DNA of 64,000 nucleotides from Octopus sinensis (Eukaryota): the NCBI RefSeq assembly GCF_006345805.1, contig NC_043008.1:24924001-24988000 (forward strand), in the 5' to 3' direction. Each line of letters starts with the position of its first letter. The stretch's first letter is position 1. Both the position numbers and the translations under genes were made by a program. Shown here piece after piece: positions 1 through 13,650 of the stretch. Under the pieces are notes generated by a model. The model was not told the DNA's origin and made no database searches. It worked only from the letters and a program-made list of their open reading frames with translations.

Positions 1-187
1 TTTCGTAAATGTATATAAGGACACAGGAAAAATGTGTCAAAGCCATCAGGAGGCGTCGATGCTTCCTAGGGCTAAACAGGGGTGGTGTACCCCCTACTGT
101 CACGTTGGTGTCAGATTGACAGTATACAACCATTCTATCGCCCCACCACCGTACATGTCTCTACGAGAGATTTAGAAATTTAGTATT

Positions 188-227
<40 letters not shown>

Positions 228-255
228 TATATATATGTATGTGTGTGTGAGTGTA

Positions 256-288
<33 letters not shown>

Positions 289-2059
289 GTGTGTGAGAGT
301 ATATATATATATATATATGCATACATACATACAAACATATATACACATATATCTCTGTTGTATATATGCATGTGTGTGATTATATACGTGCGTAAATGTG
401 CATATGTATAGATACATTAGTAGATAGTGAGGTTGATATAGATACAGATAAACTGATAGACATAAATAAAATGGCTATGTCAGCACGTGTATTTGTGTTT
501 TATATGTATGCGTCTTTGATGAAATGGTCGGTAACTTAAAATTAATTATTTGTCTTTAAAATATTCCCGAGCAATTCAGCTGAAAAAAGGTTGGTATCAT
601 ATATTCATATTTATAATTCATAACATTCGGGGATCTAGTCTTAAACATATTCACAAGACAAACTGCTTGGAATCATTCTGTCTCTGTAATATTTTCTTTG
701 AAATAATATCTTTTGCCATTCGTTCAAAAATCATTAGTACTTCAGCACATCTCGTTTAGAATGCAACGGTTTCTCTTGTTGCACAATGAAGATTTTCCTT
801 GACATTTTATTATCAGTAATATGATGCAGCTGTGAACAGCGTCTCAATTAAAGGTAAAATATTGTTCCATCCCCAAGTTTCTATCCTCAGTTAACAACAC
901 AGAAATTATGCATATTTATTCATATGAAATAAATGAAATTAGAAATATATCAGCTTCAGATATTATAAATATAACTCGTGATATCTTATTTAGGCGTAAA
1001 GTGATGCACATTCTATTTCTTCAAAAATGTGCTGATTTTTTTTTCTTTTTGCTTTCGCCTATTAGAGCTTGAATTTTTTTAAGGAAATAGTCTCAGGGTG
1101 GCACTCTCAAATTTGCAAGTAATGTTTGATTAGCCACTATAATATTGTACTGAAGAATACAATGGTTCGTGTCATTTCATCGAAGAATATTTAGTGTGCG
1201 TAGACGGAATACCTCGCTTTTAACGGCTGAGTCTACTTGGAAACAAAGTTTCTTCCACTTCACATGTTGAAAAGTGGTATGGATAATATTTGTTGGATCA
1301 TATTGCTGAGAGCAATCTATGCTTAATTTATGACAAAATGGATCGCCAACAGCTATTTTTCTTTAGAGCAAACAAAAAGAATAGTGATGTTTCAATAAAT
1401 AATAAGGGCAATTTTATTGATACTTCAAATTAATCCTGCCCCGTAGTAACTTGAAGTAATTCAGGTTTGGTGATGTGTGCGCAACAAATTTTTCCGTCAA
1501 GAAGATCAGAAACATAACATTAAATATATGATCATTTAGAGATAACAGGATAGCTGTTTCTTATCACACCAATGCACATATATTAGGTACTTTTAGGAAG
1601 GAACAGTTTTAGCTCAGCTAACTATCAGTATCTTGATACAAGTCAGGTCAATATCGTAAACTTCCTAGATATAAAACTCAAATTAGATGCAGACAAATAT
1701 ATATTGTATTGTAAACCAAACGAGAACTCACAAAGATATATTTACAAAATATCTTATCATAATCTTTAAAACCTATCATAATCTTTAAAATGCGTAAAAG
1801 AACCAGCAAGCGCTCTTGAAACAAAGAATTATTTGATTAGGTAGACCTCTATAACAAAAATAATTCCAATAATAAAAGATTTCACATTTTCATTTCGTCG
1901 CCACACCACATTATGTTTAGATGGTATGTACCAAGAAATTTCTCAATCACCATGCCTTCAAAGCCACATTCGCAGCATGCTTTTCATTTCATTTGAAAGC
2001 ATAGGACTTGTCATTGTTATTTTCTGAAATAGAAGTCCAATAAAAATTAGTGAAATAAA

Positions 2060-2390
2060 ATAATGATTAAAAATGCATGTGTACTCAAATACCATTCGTA
2101 CCCTGTATAAAATCACGAATCCCACCAACCCAACACAATTTAACTTACAAGCCAAAGCTATAATAGAAAGAAATAAAGTAGGGGATACAACAGGACTCTA
2201 CGAGCCTAAAGCCCCTAGGGTTAATCTTAAGGACCACAATACAAGCTTTAGCACTAACCGTACTGTTAGACTCATATGACCCTCTAATTCAGACCTGGGC
2301 AGGATAAGCAAGCATGTCATAGATAAATACATACCTACAGTAAGGCATATCATTAAGCTTAAGCTCTGGTGTAGTACATATGAGGTGATT
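2060..2390 (+). mobile_element. Penelope-like element, reverse transcriptase N-terminal fragment (decayed)
   Basis: Translates to PRVNLKDHNTSFSTNRTVRLI*PSNSDLGRISKHVIDK...LKLWCSTYEV, resembling the KDHK..F...RLINP.KS..G.ISK..D motif of marine-invertebrate PLE RTs. Homologous to the fragment at 27430-27990. Confidence 0.55.
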
Positions 2391-3589
2391 GTCCTCCTTT
2401 GTCTGATGGGCAGACAACTCCATGGGCGTCCAGGATGTGATGCAGCATTTTGGCAGCTGAAACATTCTTTCGTTAATTTACATCCATCACCCAACATCTT
2501 CTCGCTGAGTCGTGCACTTCGCATTGATACAGCCATACATCACCCCCGATCTGAACGGATGCAAAGTCCATACTCTTTCTCACAAAGCTTCTGTTCGGTT
2601 CTGTGCTCGAAACGCCTCTACTCGGTTGTCGAGGTAGCTACGCTTCTTCCGTTTCCCTGGCTGGTCACACTGATAGACAACCACGTCAGGCTTCGGTTTT
2701 TTACTGTCTCTAACTATAAAGCGTGATCTCTTGAGAACCACATTAACTCCCCAGTCGACATTTCCCGGTTTTACGATATTTCATTCTTGCCTCCTTTTTC
2801 TACTAGAACCTGTCGTCTCAACTGCCGCGATATCATGGGTGTTGTTTGTTGTGTCCACGGAATCTGTCACCGTTATTATGTTAATATTTGGTAGCTGCTA
2901 CAGCCTAATCGATATACGATCAGCATGACTAGTCACATGCCTCTCTACGACCTTTGCCGGAAAAAACAGCTAGTGCGCACAGTCCCTGAGTTCCATTATA
3001 TAGTCGTCCACTTCTTCTCCAATCACTTCAAGTGTAATGGACAAAATGTCTTTTCATTTAACTTGGGGAGACGAATTTGAAATAATTCCTCAAATGCTGA
3101 CAGAAACTTACTGTGCGACTCGGAGTTACCCACTACCCCAAAATACTGCACAGAAGTTTCAATCACCAAGAATTCCGTTCGTCCATTGGGTGCCCATCCT
3201 AAAATGAGGGACCTTTCAAATCTCCCGCTTTCTCACCTCAGATCACTTGTTTCAATCACGGACTGCCTATAAATCAGGCATAAATAAACAGTAGCATTAA
3301 TTTAGGTAGAATGAATAATAGTTCAAATATTAAAAAAATGAATATAAAACACATATGACATAATAGGTTTTCATCTAATCAAATCATGATATTGAGGTAT
3401 ATTAATAAATTAATTTTTAATTTCAAACTTGATCCTACGGTTTTGGATTTAAAAATAGTAAGTGCTATTTGGATTAAAATTGTTTGAGGGAAGGCACGAT
3501 TTATATGATTAATAGTTGGTGTAATTTAGTTAGATGTCCACACAGACACACTCACTAACACACACACATACACTCACACACACACACAT

Positions 3590-3623
<34 letters not shown>

Positions 3624-3639
3624 TATATGATATTAAATT

Positions 3640-3845
3640 AGAGATGAAACCATTATTAGGCAAATCAAACAATGAAAAACATAAGCCAATACATAAAATT
3701 AATTAATTTATATTATTTTAAATATATATCAAAAGTATTAAAAGTTTAATAAAAGATAAAGAATAAAACACTACGATCGTTCCATGGCTGTACAATTCGT
3801 AATAATTCGAGTTATGGTTACAGTCAATCTTCAGGTTAATTGAAA
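3640..3845 (-). mobile_element. PLE-type terminal repeat relic with degenerate hammerhead
   Basis: Minus strand reads CTGAAGA-TTGACTGTA...TACAGCCA-T-GGAAC-GATC-GTA with palindromic stem III ACGATCGT. It ends in a (TA)n tract. GAAA is mutated and stem I pairs poorly. Confidence 0.4.
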
Positions 3846-4294
3846 TATTTATCTTAGCGAGATATATAAAATTTTAAAATGGAATAAAATCTTTATAAGA
3901 ATTTATCAAGTAGTCACCGTAAAAAAACTCATAAGGGAAAAATTATGACTTTCCCCTTTAAATATATATATTTATATTAAGGGAATTACTACACTTGAAT
4001 ATCTACGAGGGACTCAGATTGAAAACTACCATAATAAATACAGTGTACCAAATGCGAGGAAATGCAACTTCTAAAGCGAGCCACTTAAAAACGGATTCAG
4101 CCGCATATCATATAATTTCATAATTAGTGCACAAAATGCACTTTTTAATCGTCAGTGCAAGCATAATCAAGACACATAAAAATGATCAAAGCTCAACATA
4201 CCAGACGAACACCAAATGTATCCAATATAGCACATTAGAGATGTTCTCTCTTATATATCTATGTAAGAGGCGGGATTTTCGAATTGCATCTCGG

Positions 4295-4330
<36 letters not shown>

Positions 4331-4689
4331 GCTATGATATGCAGATTTTGTGACTTGATGTCGTTTAACAGATAGCTTTGTTTCTAAGGCGACCCCAAGC
4401 CACATACATTTATACTGCCTATTTTGAGCATGTTCCTGCGAAAGATGCCCTTTAGAAACGAAAGTAAGACGAAATAGTCACTTACTGTCCGAAAGTTCTT
4501 TAGATAGACAAGCAGGCAGGCAGCTAGATAGGTAGATAGACAGATAGATAGACAGACAGACGGCTAGATAGATAGATTGATTGATTGGCTTTGGAGATTC
4601 GGGATATGAAGGGAAATGAGTGTTGATAGTAATAAGAGTACTAATAAATCAAACGGAAGTATTGTATCAAAGATTGTGTGCAACTAGAA

Positions 4690-4745
4690 AAAATTGGCGG
4701 TGGTGCATCAGCATGGCCACAGCTCTGAGCTGAAACTACAGAAGA
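4690..4745 (+). mobile_element. SINE/LINE 3' tail fragment
   Basis: GCGGTGGTGCATCAGCATGGCCACAGCTCTGAGCTGAAACTA is shared with the tails at ~29237-29292, ~29741-29800 (inverted) and 35604-35665. Confidence 0.55.
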
Positions 4746-5899
4746 AAACATGTAAGGGAAGTGAAGAAATGTCCGATTATGTTTTATTCCCTTATTATGT
4801 ATGTATGTGTGTGTGTCTGTACGTTTGTTTGTGTAATCTACATGCCTGCATGCGTGTGTGCATGTGTGCATTTGTGTGTGCATGAGGAGGCGTATATGTT
4901 TGCGTGTACATTAAACCGAGGAAACAAAGAAGCTCGCATTTGTCAGCGATCGAAACTTTTTAGGTTCAGTCAATAAATGTGTAATAGTTATTAAAGTGGT
5001 TTTGACTTCTTCAATGTTTTTGTTTATCATTGAGTCCTCCGAGCACACAAATACACAACCACTGCCACTAACCAAGCTATCTACATAGCTACACAAACAC
5101 ACACACTCACACAAACATACACACAAAAGCATACACCCACCCACCCACACTCACCCACATACATAATTATACATGCATATTTCCCCCTTAATTTGTATCT
5201 TCACTTTCTCTGTTAAGACGTCGATTTATTAGTACCAACAGACGGGATTTCAAAATAAATGCGAACACTTTCGGACACTCAATAACTTCAGACTTATTTT
5301 TATGTTTCACCGACTAAAAGCCTATGAACGTATCTCCATTTTCAGAACAGTAAAATTGAAGTCGACTAATGTTAACTTGTGTTTTCTTTACGTTTATTTT
5401 TTATTTCATTATTATTATTATTATTATTATTATTACTCTCCTCTTGTTTAATTTTCTTTTCCACGATAAATACCGATTTGTTATTTTTATCCTTGTAAGA
5501 AATTCGCTATGTCAAATGACGAAAAGGAATGCTTGGAAATAGTTTTTAGACTTTTATTTTGTTCTTATATATTCTGATACATTTTCATTTATTTTTATCT
5601 CACTTTGCATGGTTTTCCATTATATGTTACTTATTTTACCTTTTAAAACACAAATTACTTTTACCCTTAATTTCTAACTTGTTTATTGAAAGATTTATCA
5701 ATATTTCCGTTCACAGTGCGTTTTTTATACATTGAATGAATGTATATTTCTTATAGTTTATCTTTTGTTTCATTTAACACCTTTTTAGTCGTCATTTATT
5801 TACATTCTGTTATTGGCATTTAGCAGAACTCTGCATCTCTCTTTGAGAGCCGCGGTAAGCTGTCGAGACGGACGGTAAAGTTTCCGAATTTCCACTCCC

Positions 5900-6960
5900 A
5901 CTAAGCAGTTTAGCGAAGTGATCCAGAAAGTCAGACATATCTACATGAAATCGTGGTGCACGCACCCACCCCGATCTATCAAAAAACGGAGTAGTGTCTT
6001 TGCGTGTCAAGTTGCACCTCGGCCAACGTGGCTTATCAAAAGCTTTTCGTTACCTCGTGCATCAGAACACGCTCCTTAGCTCTGACAGTACAACTTCATG
6101 CTTCGTGTTCAAGAATCAATCTCGCAGCCAGCAGCCTCAAAGCTACTTTTCTACCTTTCTATCTAGCTCTCCTGCTACATTAGTGTTCGCTATCACTACT
6201 TCTTTCCTAAACCCTATCTATGGTAATGTCCCAATTTTTAGAGCTAACATTGGGTGTTGACGTGCGCCCTCATCATGCTCTCTTAACTACTACTCCAAAT
6301 CGGTCTCTGGAAAATTGGCGTGCCGAAAATGATGTATTCACTTTCCATTAACCGGGTCCCTGTCAATGAAACCATCCAGATCGGTTATACAAATCATAAT
6401 TTTGTGGCATCTATAGCCGGCCAATTTGGATAGAGGACATCTTAAGCTATCTTCAAGTCTTTGGATACAGTTTGGATGATACCATGATGCTTGTTGACAA
6501 TTCCGGTTGACAATTGTCAGACAGTTGGAATCATTTGAGCAGGTTAATAATACTTTTACAGCCAATTATTGTAATACACTCCAAACATGCATCCAAACAG
6601 TGTTCCACTGACCTGTTAAAACGAAAGAGTGGAACGTTCCGAGGAAAACATTCAGGAGACTTAAGACAGCTGGTCACCCCGCCCCTGTCGGGTCTATATA
6701 GTCACTGTACTGAAGGCACCCACTTTTTGTTACTGTTCAACTTGCCGACGGGTTCCGAAAGATGGACCGTATCTCGAAACCAGACCTTTCTAAAACAACA
6801 CTGCAACACAGTCACCGTTTCCAGACCGGGTCAGTAATGCGTTGACTTCACAATCATTTCAAATGTCGCCGATGTATGTGTTAAGAAACCTGTTTAAACT
6901 GATTGCTAGCACATCAGCTAGTGAAGGATGAAGGGCAAGTGCCACTGCATCCAAGATCAC
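5900..6960 (-). mobile_element. Possible Gypsy LTR-retrotransposon integrase relic
   Basis: Weak minus-strand remnants in the expected order: ATFEMIVK..HY*PGL, then WYHPN..RLEDSL, then RSGWV. Many stops and frameshifts. Confidence 0.3.
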
Positions 6961-7139
6961 CTTAGGCCACGTAAATTTATGAGACACATACTTAAAGCTG
7001 CCATTTTTAGAGAAGTAGGATAGAATTAATGAGTAACTTCTGTTTGCATGAAACCAGTATATGAATGCTCAGATTTTCGTGTTCGAGTAAGTAGTGCATA
7101 GTCGAAATATTTCAAAGTGAATATTAGACTTTAGTAGGG

Positions 7140-7732
7140 GAGAGTATTGTCATCTCTCCTTTTCACAGCTTTTATGAACTTGATTGACATGAGCAGCCCT
7201 TGTAGAAGTGGTATCACAATCGGTACGCGTAGGATCAGTCGACTGACATTTGCAGGCAATATAGAGCTACATGGTTCATCAGAAGATGATCTTCATGAAG
7301 CAGTGAGTGAGTTCACTGCCAGTTGCTCCAAGGCAGAGATTAATATTGCGAATATTGAGATATTCATCGTCTCGGAGAAAGTCTTTCCAGTACATTCTAC
7401 ATATTAGTGGAACTTCAGAGAGACAAATAGAGAAAGTTTAATATCTATGGGCTGTTTTCACGAGTGATGAGAAGCAGGCGGCTGAAGTAGATACTAGAGT
7501 GTTGGTACAGTACTGTGCCATCTCCGGAATTTGATACCCAAAGAGGCCAAACCCGTCATTTTTATTTCGGTTTTTGTACCTATTCTTATCTATGGTCATA
7601 AATGTTAGGTAGTGACCAAAATGTACGCCCTCGAATACAAGCAGTCGAAATGGTATCCCTCCGAAGAATCTCTGGTATTACTGGATAAGGTGCGTAGCTC
7701 GAAGATCTGGAAGTCTCTCTAAATTGAGCAAC
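7140..7732 (+). mobile_element. RTE-type LINE reverse transcriptase fragment (decayed)
   Basis: SSLLFTAFM...GITIGTRRISRLTFAGNIELHGSSEDDLHEAVSEF (degenerate LFADD region), then VFTSD...EVDTR and LRRISG...DKVRS, typical of RTE thumb regions. Confidence 0.6.
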
Positions 7733-9780
7733 TTATTTTCTGTATTGTGAGGTCTCGCTTGGGAATCCAGTCAGAAAGAGTAATGAAGGTTGGTTATGAG
7801 AGGACTCTATGGATAAGGTACCTGAGTACTGTATCCCACGAATCTTCCCGCAATAGTTGGTAGAGAAAATAGATGGATTTATAACTGAAGAAGAAAGGGA
7901 ATCACTCCCTTTATTGATTTTTGTAGACAATCAAGTATATCAAAATTCCTTATCTCTTTCAAGTTTCTCTCAGTTCCCTTGTGGCTCTTTTACCTATTTC
8001 AGATTCTCCGGAACTTCGACTGTGCTTTTATTGAAACCCGCTCTCACTGTCTGTATGTATTTTAATTGGGTTACACCTGATAGCATTTCTCTATGTTGTT
8101 CTTCCTAGCAGGAATTTGTTGTTTTTTGTTTTGAACTGTATTGTGTATTTAGTTGTTGTTTTATTGGTGGTGGGTATTTGTCTGCTTATTTCTATTATAT
8201 CTCGGATTCTTTCGTTTGTGCATTTTCTTTTTCCTGATCTGAGAGGAAGTGGCTGTATTAAGGATGTACTTGCTGTTGTAGATATAGTTTTCTTCGGAAT
8301 CGACTGGGAACTAATATTCTTTTGTGTTTGTTCCTTTCTTTTTCGATACTTAATTTTTTTCTTGCCCACCTTGTTCATCATCAGAGATATAGTCTGATGA
8401 CTGATTCGTGCAGAGGCAATGAAAAGTATCCTATTTTACATACATCCTTGTTTCTCCGTGTAGGAGGAAGAGAAGGGGTAATATTGGAATATGGCATGGG
8501 TAGCGAATCTTGTATCTATTAGTTTTTGTCAACTCAGTACTACTGCTGGCGAATTCGATGTTGACATTGTTGGTCCTGCAATTTGTGTTGCAATTCGAGG
8601 TGTTGTCGTTGGAGGTGCTGCAATTGTTGATGTTCGTCCACATGCTGTTGCTGTAGTTCCTATTCTCTTTTTCTGCTATTGATTAAGGAGCCCTCCTGTC
8701 CCATTCCATGTTTTGAAAGCATGGGTAAAGCGGTCTGAGTTGGTCTATTGTACCATGGTTGTAGCATCTGGGTCGTTTGCTCTCCACAATTCCTCATAGT
8801 TTCTCTCCATATGGCATGGTTATAAAATCTTGAATCCTTTCTCGAAGATCTGGAAAAGAATCTCCACTACGTCCCAAACCAATTCTCCAACATTGTTCTC
8901 TTCACATCTCGTAAAGTTTCCTTTTCCTCCAACACAATGCATGCCGATACCTAACAGAGATCTAACTTTGCTAGCAAACCCGATATTACCACCGTTACTG
9001 TACTTCTTCTCAAATACATGGGAAGTGAGTAAAGTCCTCCTGCAGTGGGTGACCATTGAATGTTGCAGTGTGAAGATCTCAGTCTTAAATACGATTACGA
9101 CCCCACCAAACTTCCTTGTTCTAGATAAATGTACAATGTCTCTCCATATATCGCAAATTTCCCTTTTCTAATTGAGCGTTAGTGGCCGTCCCGAGGCAAT
9201 AACATTTTAAACTTATCTAGCGATATATGTATATAAATCTTTCTAGCTTCAAAAGTTTCTGGAGGAGGGGTAATCTCTGTTTTTCTCTCTTTAATTTTCC
9301 GAAATCGAACTGCATGTTATAATTTCTCACATTTGTCCTCTAGAGATTTACTCTATTAGTTCCATGCGAAAGAAGCCCTGCAATTGTTATTGTTGTTGTT
9401 CTGCGAATGTTATTGCCTTCCTCGTTACTCTTGTTGCTGTTGCTACTGGTGTTGCTTTCACCATGGTTACCGTCGTTATTGTTCTTTCCTGGAGTGATTT
9501 TGTCCCTGCTGATACAAAATGCTGCAGTCATGGTGGCAACGGACTCTGCAAATTAATTCCTCTGCTGCTACTGTTTTTGTTAAAGGTGTTCTGCAATTGT
9601 TGCTAATTTCACATTCGTTGCTTTTCCCACGTTACTGCTACAGACCGTAGTCAAGCTGGTGATACTTGAGTTGAGATAAAAACATAATTGATTTATAGGA
9701 GAAAAGGGGAGCAAATGACACGAGCCCCACCAAATATTAAGGCCTACTTCTCAGCGAGTTTGCCCGAAGAAGACCTTCTT
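7733..9780 (-). mobile_element. Old L1/Tx1-type element retaining ORF1 (gag-like) sequence only
   Basis: Minus strand DIWRDIVHLSRTRKFGGVVIVF...MYLRRSTVTVVISG...VESKRPRCYN aligns by eye with ORF1 of the Tx1-type elements at 57244-58017 and 58503-59762. An A-rich 3' end lies at ~7733. No RT motifs seen. Confidence 0.5.
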
Positions 9781-10014
9781 GTATTTACTTGTTTAAAAAA
9801 TCTAGTTAAAGAAATTTTCTTTAACAGTACATTTTCTCCACATTAGCTACTCCAGAAACTCGATCTTAAAGTAGCGACTGCCCCCAAATAGCTTTAAATC
9901 CCTAATGAATAAGACAAGCAGTGGATGGAGAATAAGAAGCTACGAAAAGCAAGAAGCAAAACCAAAGTTTTCGGTAAAATATTCAGTACTCCTTTGTATC
10001 TATTTATACAAAAG

Positions 10015-10051
10015 TAGATAGATAGATCGATAGATAAATAGATAGATAGAT

Positions 10052-10122
<71 letters not shown>
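10015..10122. repeat. (TAGA)n microsatellite
   Basis: Directly visible tetranucleotide run. Confidence 0.95.
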
Positions 10123-10123
<1 letters not shown>

Positions 10124-10999
10124 GTTGTTTGACCTTACCGTGACCCATCAATTTCAGGTTTTTGTACTTGCGATTAAAACATGCGCGCGCAAACACGCTC
10201 TCTGACTCTCAAACAAAAAAAAAACGTGCACTTACATATATTGCTCTTCCCTAATGTTCGTTATTCTCTTCGATATTGTAGTGTTTCGAACGCTGATCAT
10301 ATTTACGAGAAAAAGAAAGACTGTCATGATTCTTAATTTAGTGTTTTAATTATGAAATTATCTTTCTCGCGTAACATTACTCCACAGATAAAAAGTTTTT
10401 CTTACTTTTAACTTTGGAATATGACTTGCTCAAATTTTTGTTTTCTGTTAAACCTTATCTTTTCTTTATTTTGTTTCTATATTTTTCATCTTCGTCAGCC
10501 TACCAATTTTCGTTTTACCTTCGCAAAGAAATTTCTCTGTTGATAGTGATGTAGTACCTGTCACTGATATTATTCTTCTTCAGCTTTATTTCTCAATTTG
10601 TCTACGGCCACCATTTTTAGCCATTTTAGCGCGTCAGTTGCTATTTCAGTGGATGTCTACTGCTACAAGTTCCTTGTCGTAAATAGGTAGATTTTAAAGA
10701 CAATCGGAAAAAATAGCGAAACATGAAAATAGAACCAAACTAAAGGACATCACTAAGAAGTAACGTATCTCAATTCCAATCCAAAATACCTCTTCCCCCT
10801 CACAAAAGGATTTGAACCGTTACAACTGCATTAAGAAAAGTGAAAGTAAAGTTGTAAATTCAATTATTGTTATGTGGTATTTTGAAATGTTGAGGGATCC
10901 ATGAAATACTCAATTCTTTTTCAAACCTTTTACTTTTATGACGCATTTTTCTTCGTTTTCAGGGTCCCATGAATGTGCAACATAATTTCGAAAGAAAGT

Positions 11000-11530
11000 A
11001 ATTTAATGGAAACAAAATCCTTATTCTGTAATTCTCGAATTTAATCTTTAACTCCATAACCTTCACACAAATTAACACAAAGGTTACCAGTCACATACTA
11101 TCTAAACCACCCTTCACTATTCCTCCCACCTTAAATCTCTACTACTATGACTCCCTACTAGCCTCATTATTAACCCTTAACTCTGAAATGTATTTCCCTC
11201 TCCCATTGCTCAGTCTAAATACCACCTAACTCCTCCTCCTCCTTCTAATACACTTAGCTCTCCACAAAATTATTCCATCTTTAATCTCCTTTCTGTCAAT
11301 ACCTCAAGTGTAAAACTTCTTCCCTGAAGACGGAAGCTGGTATTATCCGATGATGTAATCTATTAACAAACATTATTTCGGATCACTAACCTCCAGAAAC
11401 AGCTGTTGGACTCGTAAAACTCTTATTCAACCCCCTCAATTTCTGTTATTTCTATCCTGTGTAAGCTTGATCACTTAGTATGTAAATATATGTACATTTT
11501 TGTATTAGATGTATTTAATATTTTTTGTAT
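11000..11530 (+). mobile_element. PLE-type 3' region / pLTR relic
   Basis: C/T-rich tract followed by a minimal hammerhead motif and an AT-rich tail, the usual layout of Penelope pLTRs. Confidence 0.45.
11321..11410 (+). ncRNA. Type I minimal hammerhead ribozyme motif (PLE-type)
   Basis: TCC-CTGAAGA-C-GGA..GGTATTATCCGA...TCGGATCACTAACCTCC-A-GAAA-CAGCT-GTT-GGA. Intact core, palindromic stem III AACAGCTGTT, only a 3 bp stem I. Confidence 0.55.
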
Positions 11531-12199
11531 ATCGTCATGCCTAACTTGCTTATCCATACATGCACTCCTTTACCTGCTTAAGTTTAAACGTCTTGAATGC
11601 TACAAAGTGTATTCTATACGGACAATATATGTCTCTCCTCTCTCTCTCTCTCTTATCTGGAAATATATATATGTTCCCAGATAACATTCACTGAACAGTA
11701 AAAAAAAGGAATGAGTAGGTTCCATGCATACTTAAAAGTGAGAGAACATCTTCACTGTTGGAAGAAATACTGTGCAGGTACTCGGAAAATACAACTGTTT
11801 CATATGACTCAAAGGGAGCTAGACTGGCCTCCCTAAACAGAAGCTTGGAGGAGAAGCAGTCATCATACCAACAAAAAGCAATGCGAGGGGACATATACCG
11901 TAAACTAGAGGGCAACAACAACATTCACAGTAAATAAACTGTTTTTCAGTAATGTAACTAGTGGAGGTGGGGGTTACTAATATATATATAAACGATGCCA
12001 TATATTATTGTAACTGATTTGATTTTCTCTTTTCTTAAATCAAAATACATGCCGTATTTGTTATATTTTCATGTTTATAATAATTCTTAAAACGTTTTCC
12101 TACAGTAAAACGTTCTAGAAATATTTCCAATCTACGCAAACAGGTTGCATATATTTAGATATATCACCTGCCACAATTCATTATTCATTTAACATTAGG

Positions 12200-13650
12200 A
12201 TAATTCTGTCCTTGCATTTTCAACCGTATCATCCATCCACTTCATTTTCTCACAGCTGGGACATATTTGCTTCTAGATGAACGACTTTGCTATCGTTCAT
12301 CTTGGAATAAATGGCTATATATCTCATTGGTCACTATGGAAATTAAACTAAATGCAATATTCTAACCCAATCGTTTGCTGTCGATTACAATGAAAGTTAT
12401 CAATTTAATTTTTCTCGTTTTGATTTCAAATTTCTGCTTTTAATTCTTGAACAACATTAAGTTTGAAAATAATTTTGAAATCCTTCTGTAACAAGTAGGC
12501 TTCCTTAACATACTTGCAAAAACTGAACAACCTGGAATGATTTAAAGCTATTTCTTCGGTGTATGAGTATATTATCTACGTTCTTTAGTAAAAGGTTATA
12601 TCAGGTTTTATGAGGTCGATGAAAAAATATCATAAAAATATCATGTATAATCACAAACTTGCCCAATTCGTTCACTATATACTACGAATTATGAAGTTTT
12701 GGCATTCACTGATTTATATCAAGTATAGTTTAACTACTGCTGTGATGTAAATTTTGTTATTTTTATGAGCAATGGTGAGCATGGTGTAAAAGCTATCAAG
12801 CAGTTTAATATGATATTTACTACTAATTTCATATAGTTTACGCTTCGAACAAAATTAGCTTTAGATGTATTAAAGAAAATCCATAATGGAAATATAATCC
12901 ATTTAACTGAAATAATTTTAGAATATAGACACTGTTGAAGGGTGTGGATTAGGTCTATTACGGCATCTTGTGAAGGCGATGCAAATATTTCTGTATTATT
13001 AGACCTTCTCTGTGAAGCATATGGTACTAGTTTAACAAAGCAAAAGGTGGCCAACAAATAAACAAAACTAGAAAGAATATTGTGAGTTTTATTTTAACAA
13101 TCTGTTCTTATTTGAGTTGTCTCCTTTGTTTATTGTTTGTGAATTTTAAACACATCTTGAAAGAGAGGATTTAGTCTACAATGGTGAAAGAAGACAGTGT
13201 TGCCGACATATATTGACATAGTCACCAGTTGTTCTTATATATACAATTCTATATCACACAAGCTTCTAAAATTGAATACACAAAAAAGTTGTTTAGCAGC
13301 AATTAGCAACAAATCGAACCAGTACTAAGTTTCTATAGACATACCTGAATATGGTCTTGAAAGTTTAGTCCATCACAGCCACGCTAAATATGATTGCAAA
13401 AAAATCTTCACTGGTTCGACTATCTGGAATTTTACATTTACCAAATATAATAATGCCCAAGATCAAAATATGTAATTCATCTATTTTTCCATGTTGGAAA
13501 ACTAAGAACTGTCCGCATTTGTGGCAAAGCTTTTGCCCGGGAATCTTTAATCTTTAATCTTGTAAGCTAGTATTTATTAGTCACAGATTTACAAGAGGAT
13601 AGAATAGTACTATGTGCTTAAGTGTTTCCTTAATGAAATTGGAGAAGAGA
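12200..13650 (-). mobile_element. Possible hAT transposase relic
   Basis: RRSNNTEIFASPSQDAVIDLIH..QCLYSKII resembles the hAT SP.IQNELI..I motif. The rest is too decayed to confirm. Confidence 0.25.

Noticed and set aside
161-417. Numerous ORFs rich in IY, CV, HT or YLSI repeats here and across the window
   Set aside because: They are translations of (TA)n, (CA)n, (TATC)n and (TATG)n microsatellites, not proteins.
2270-2285. In-frame TGA in the PLE RT fragment where the paralog at ~27880 has Cys (LI* versus LIC), recalling selenocysteine-encoding PLEs
   Set aside because: A single substitution in a heavily decayed copy explains it; no SECIS identified; it would need a family consensus.
2390-3260. 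GC-richer segment with CFSC..H motif on the minus strand, possible BEL/Pao gag relic
   Set aside because: Only one partial knuckle-like motif; not enough to assign.
11690-11940. Open stretch ending YQQKAMRG, possible R4/Dong C-terminal fragment or host exon
   Set aside because: Too short and degenerate, with no convincing splice context.
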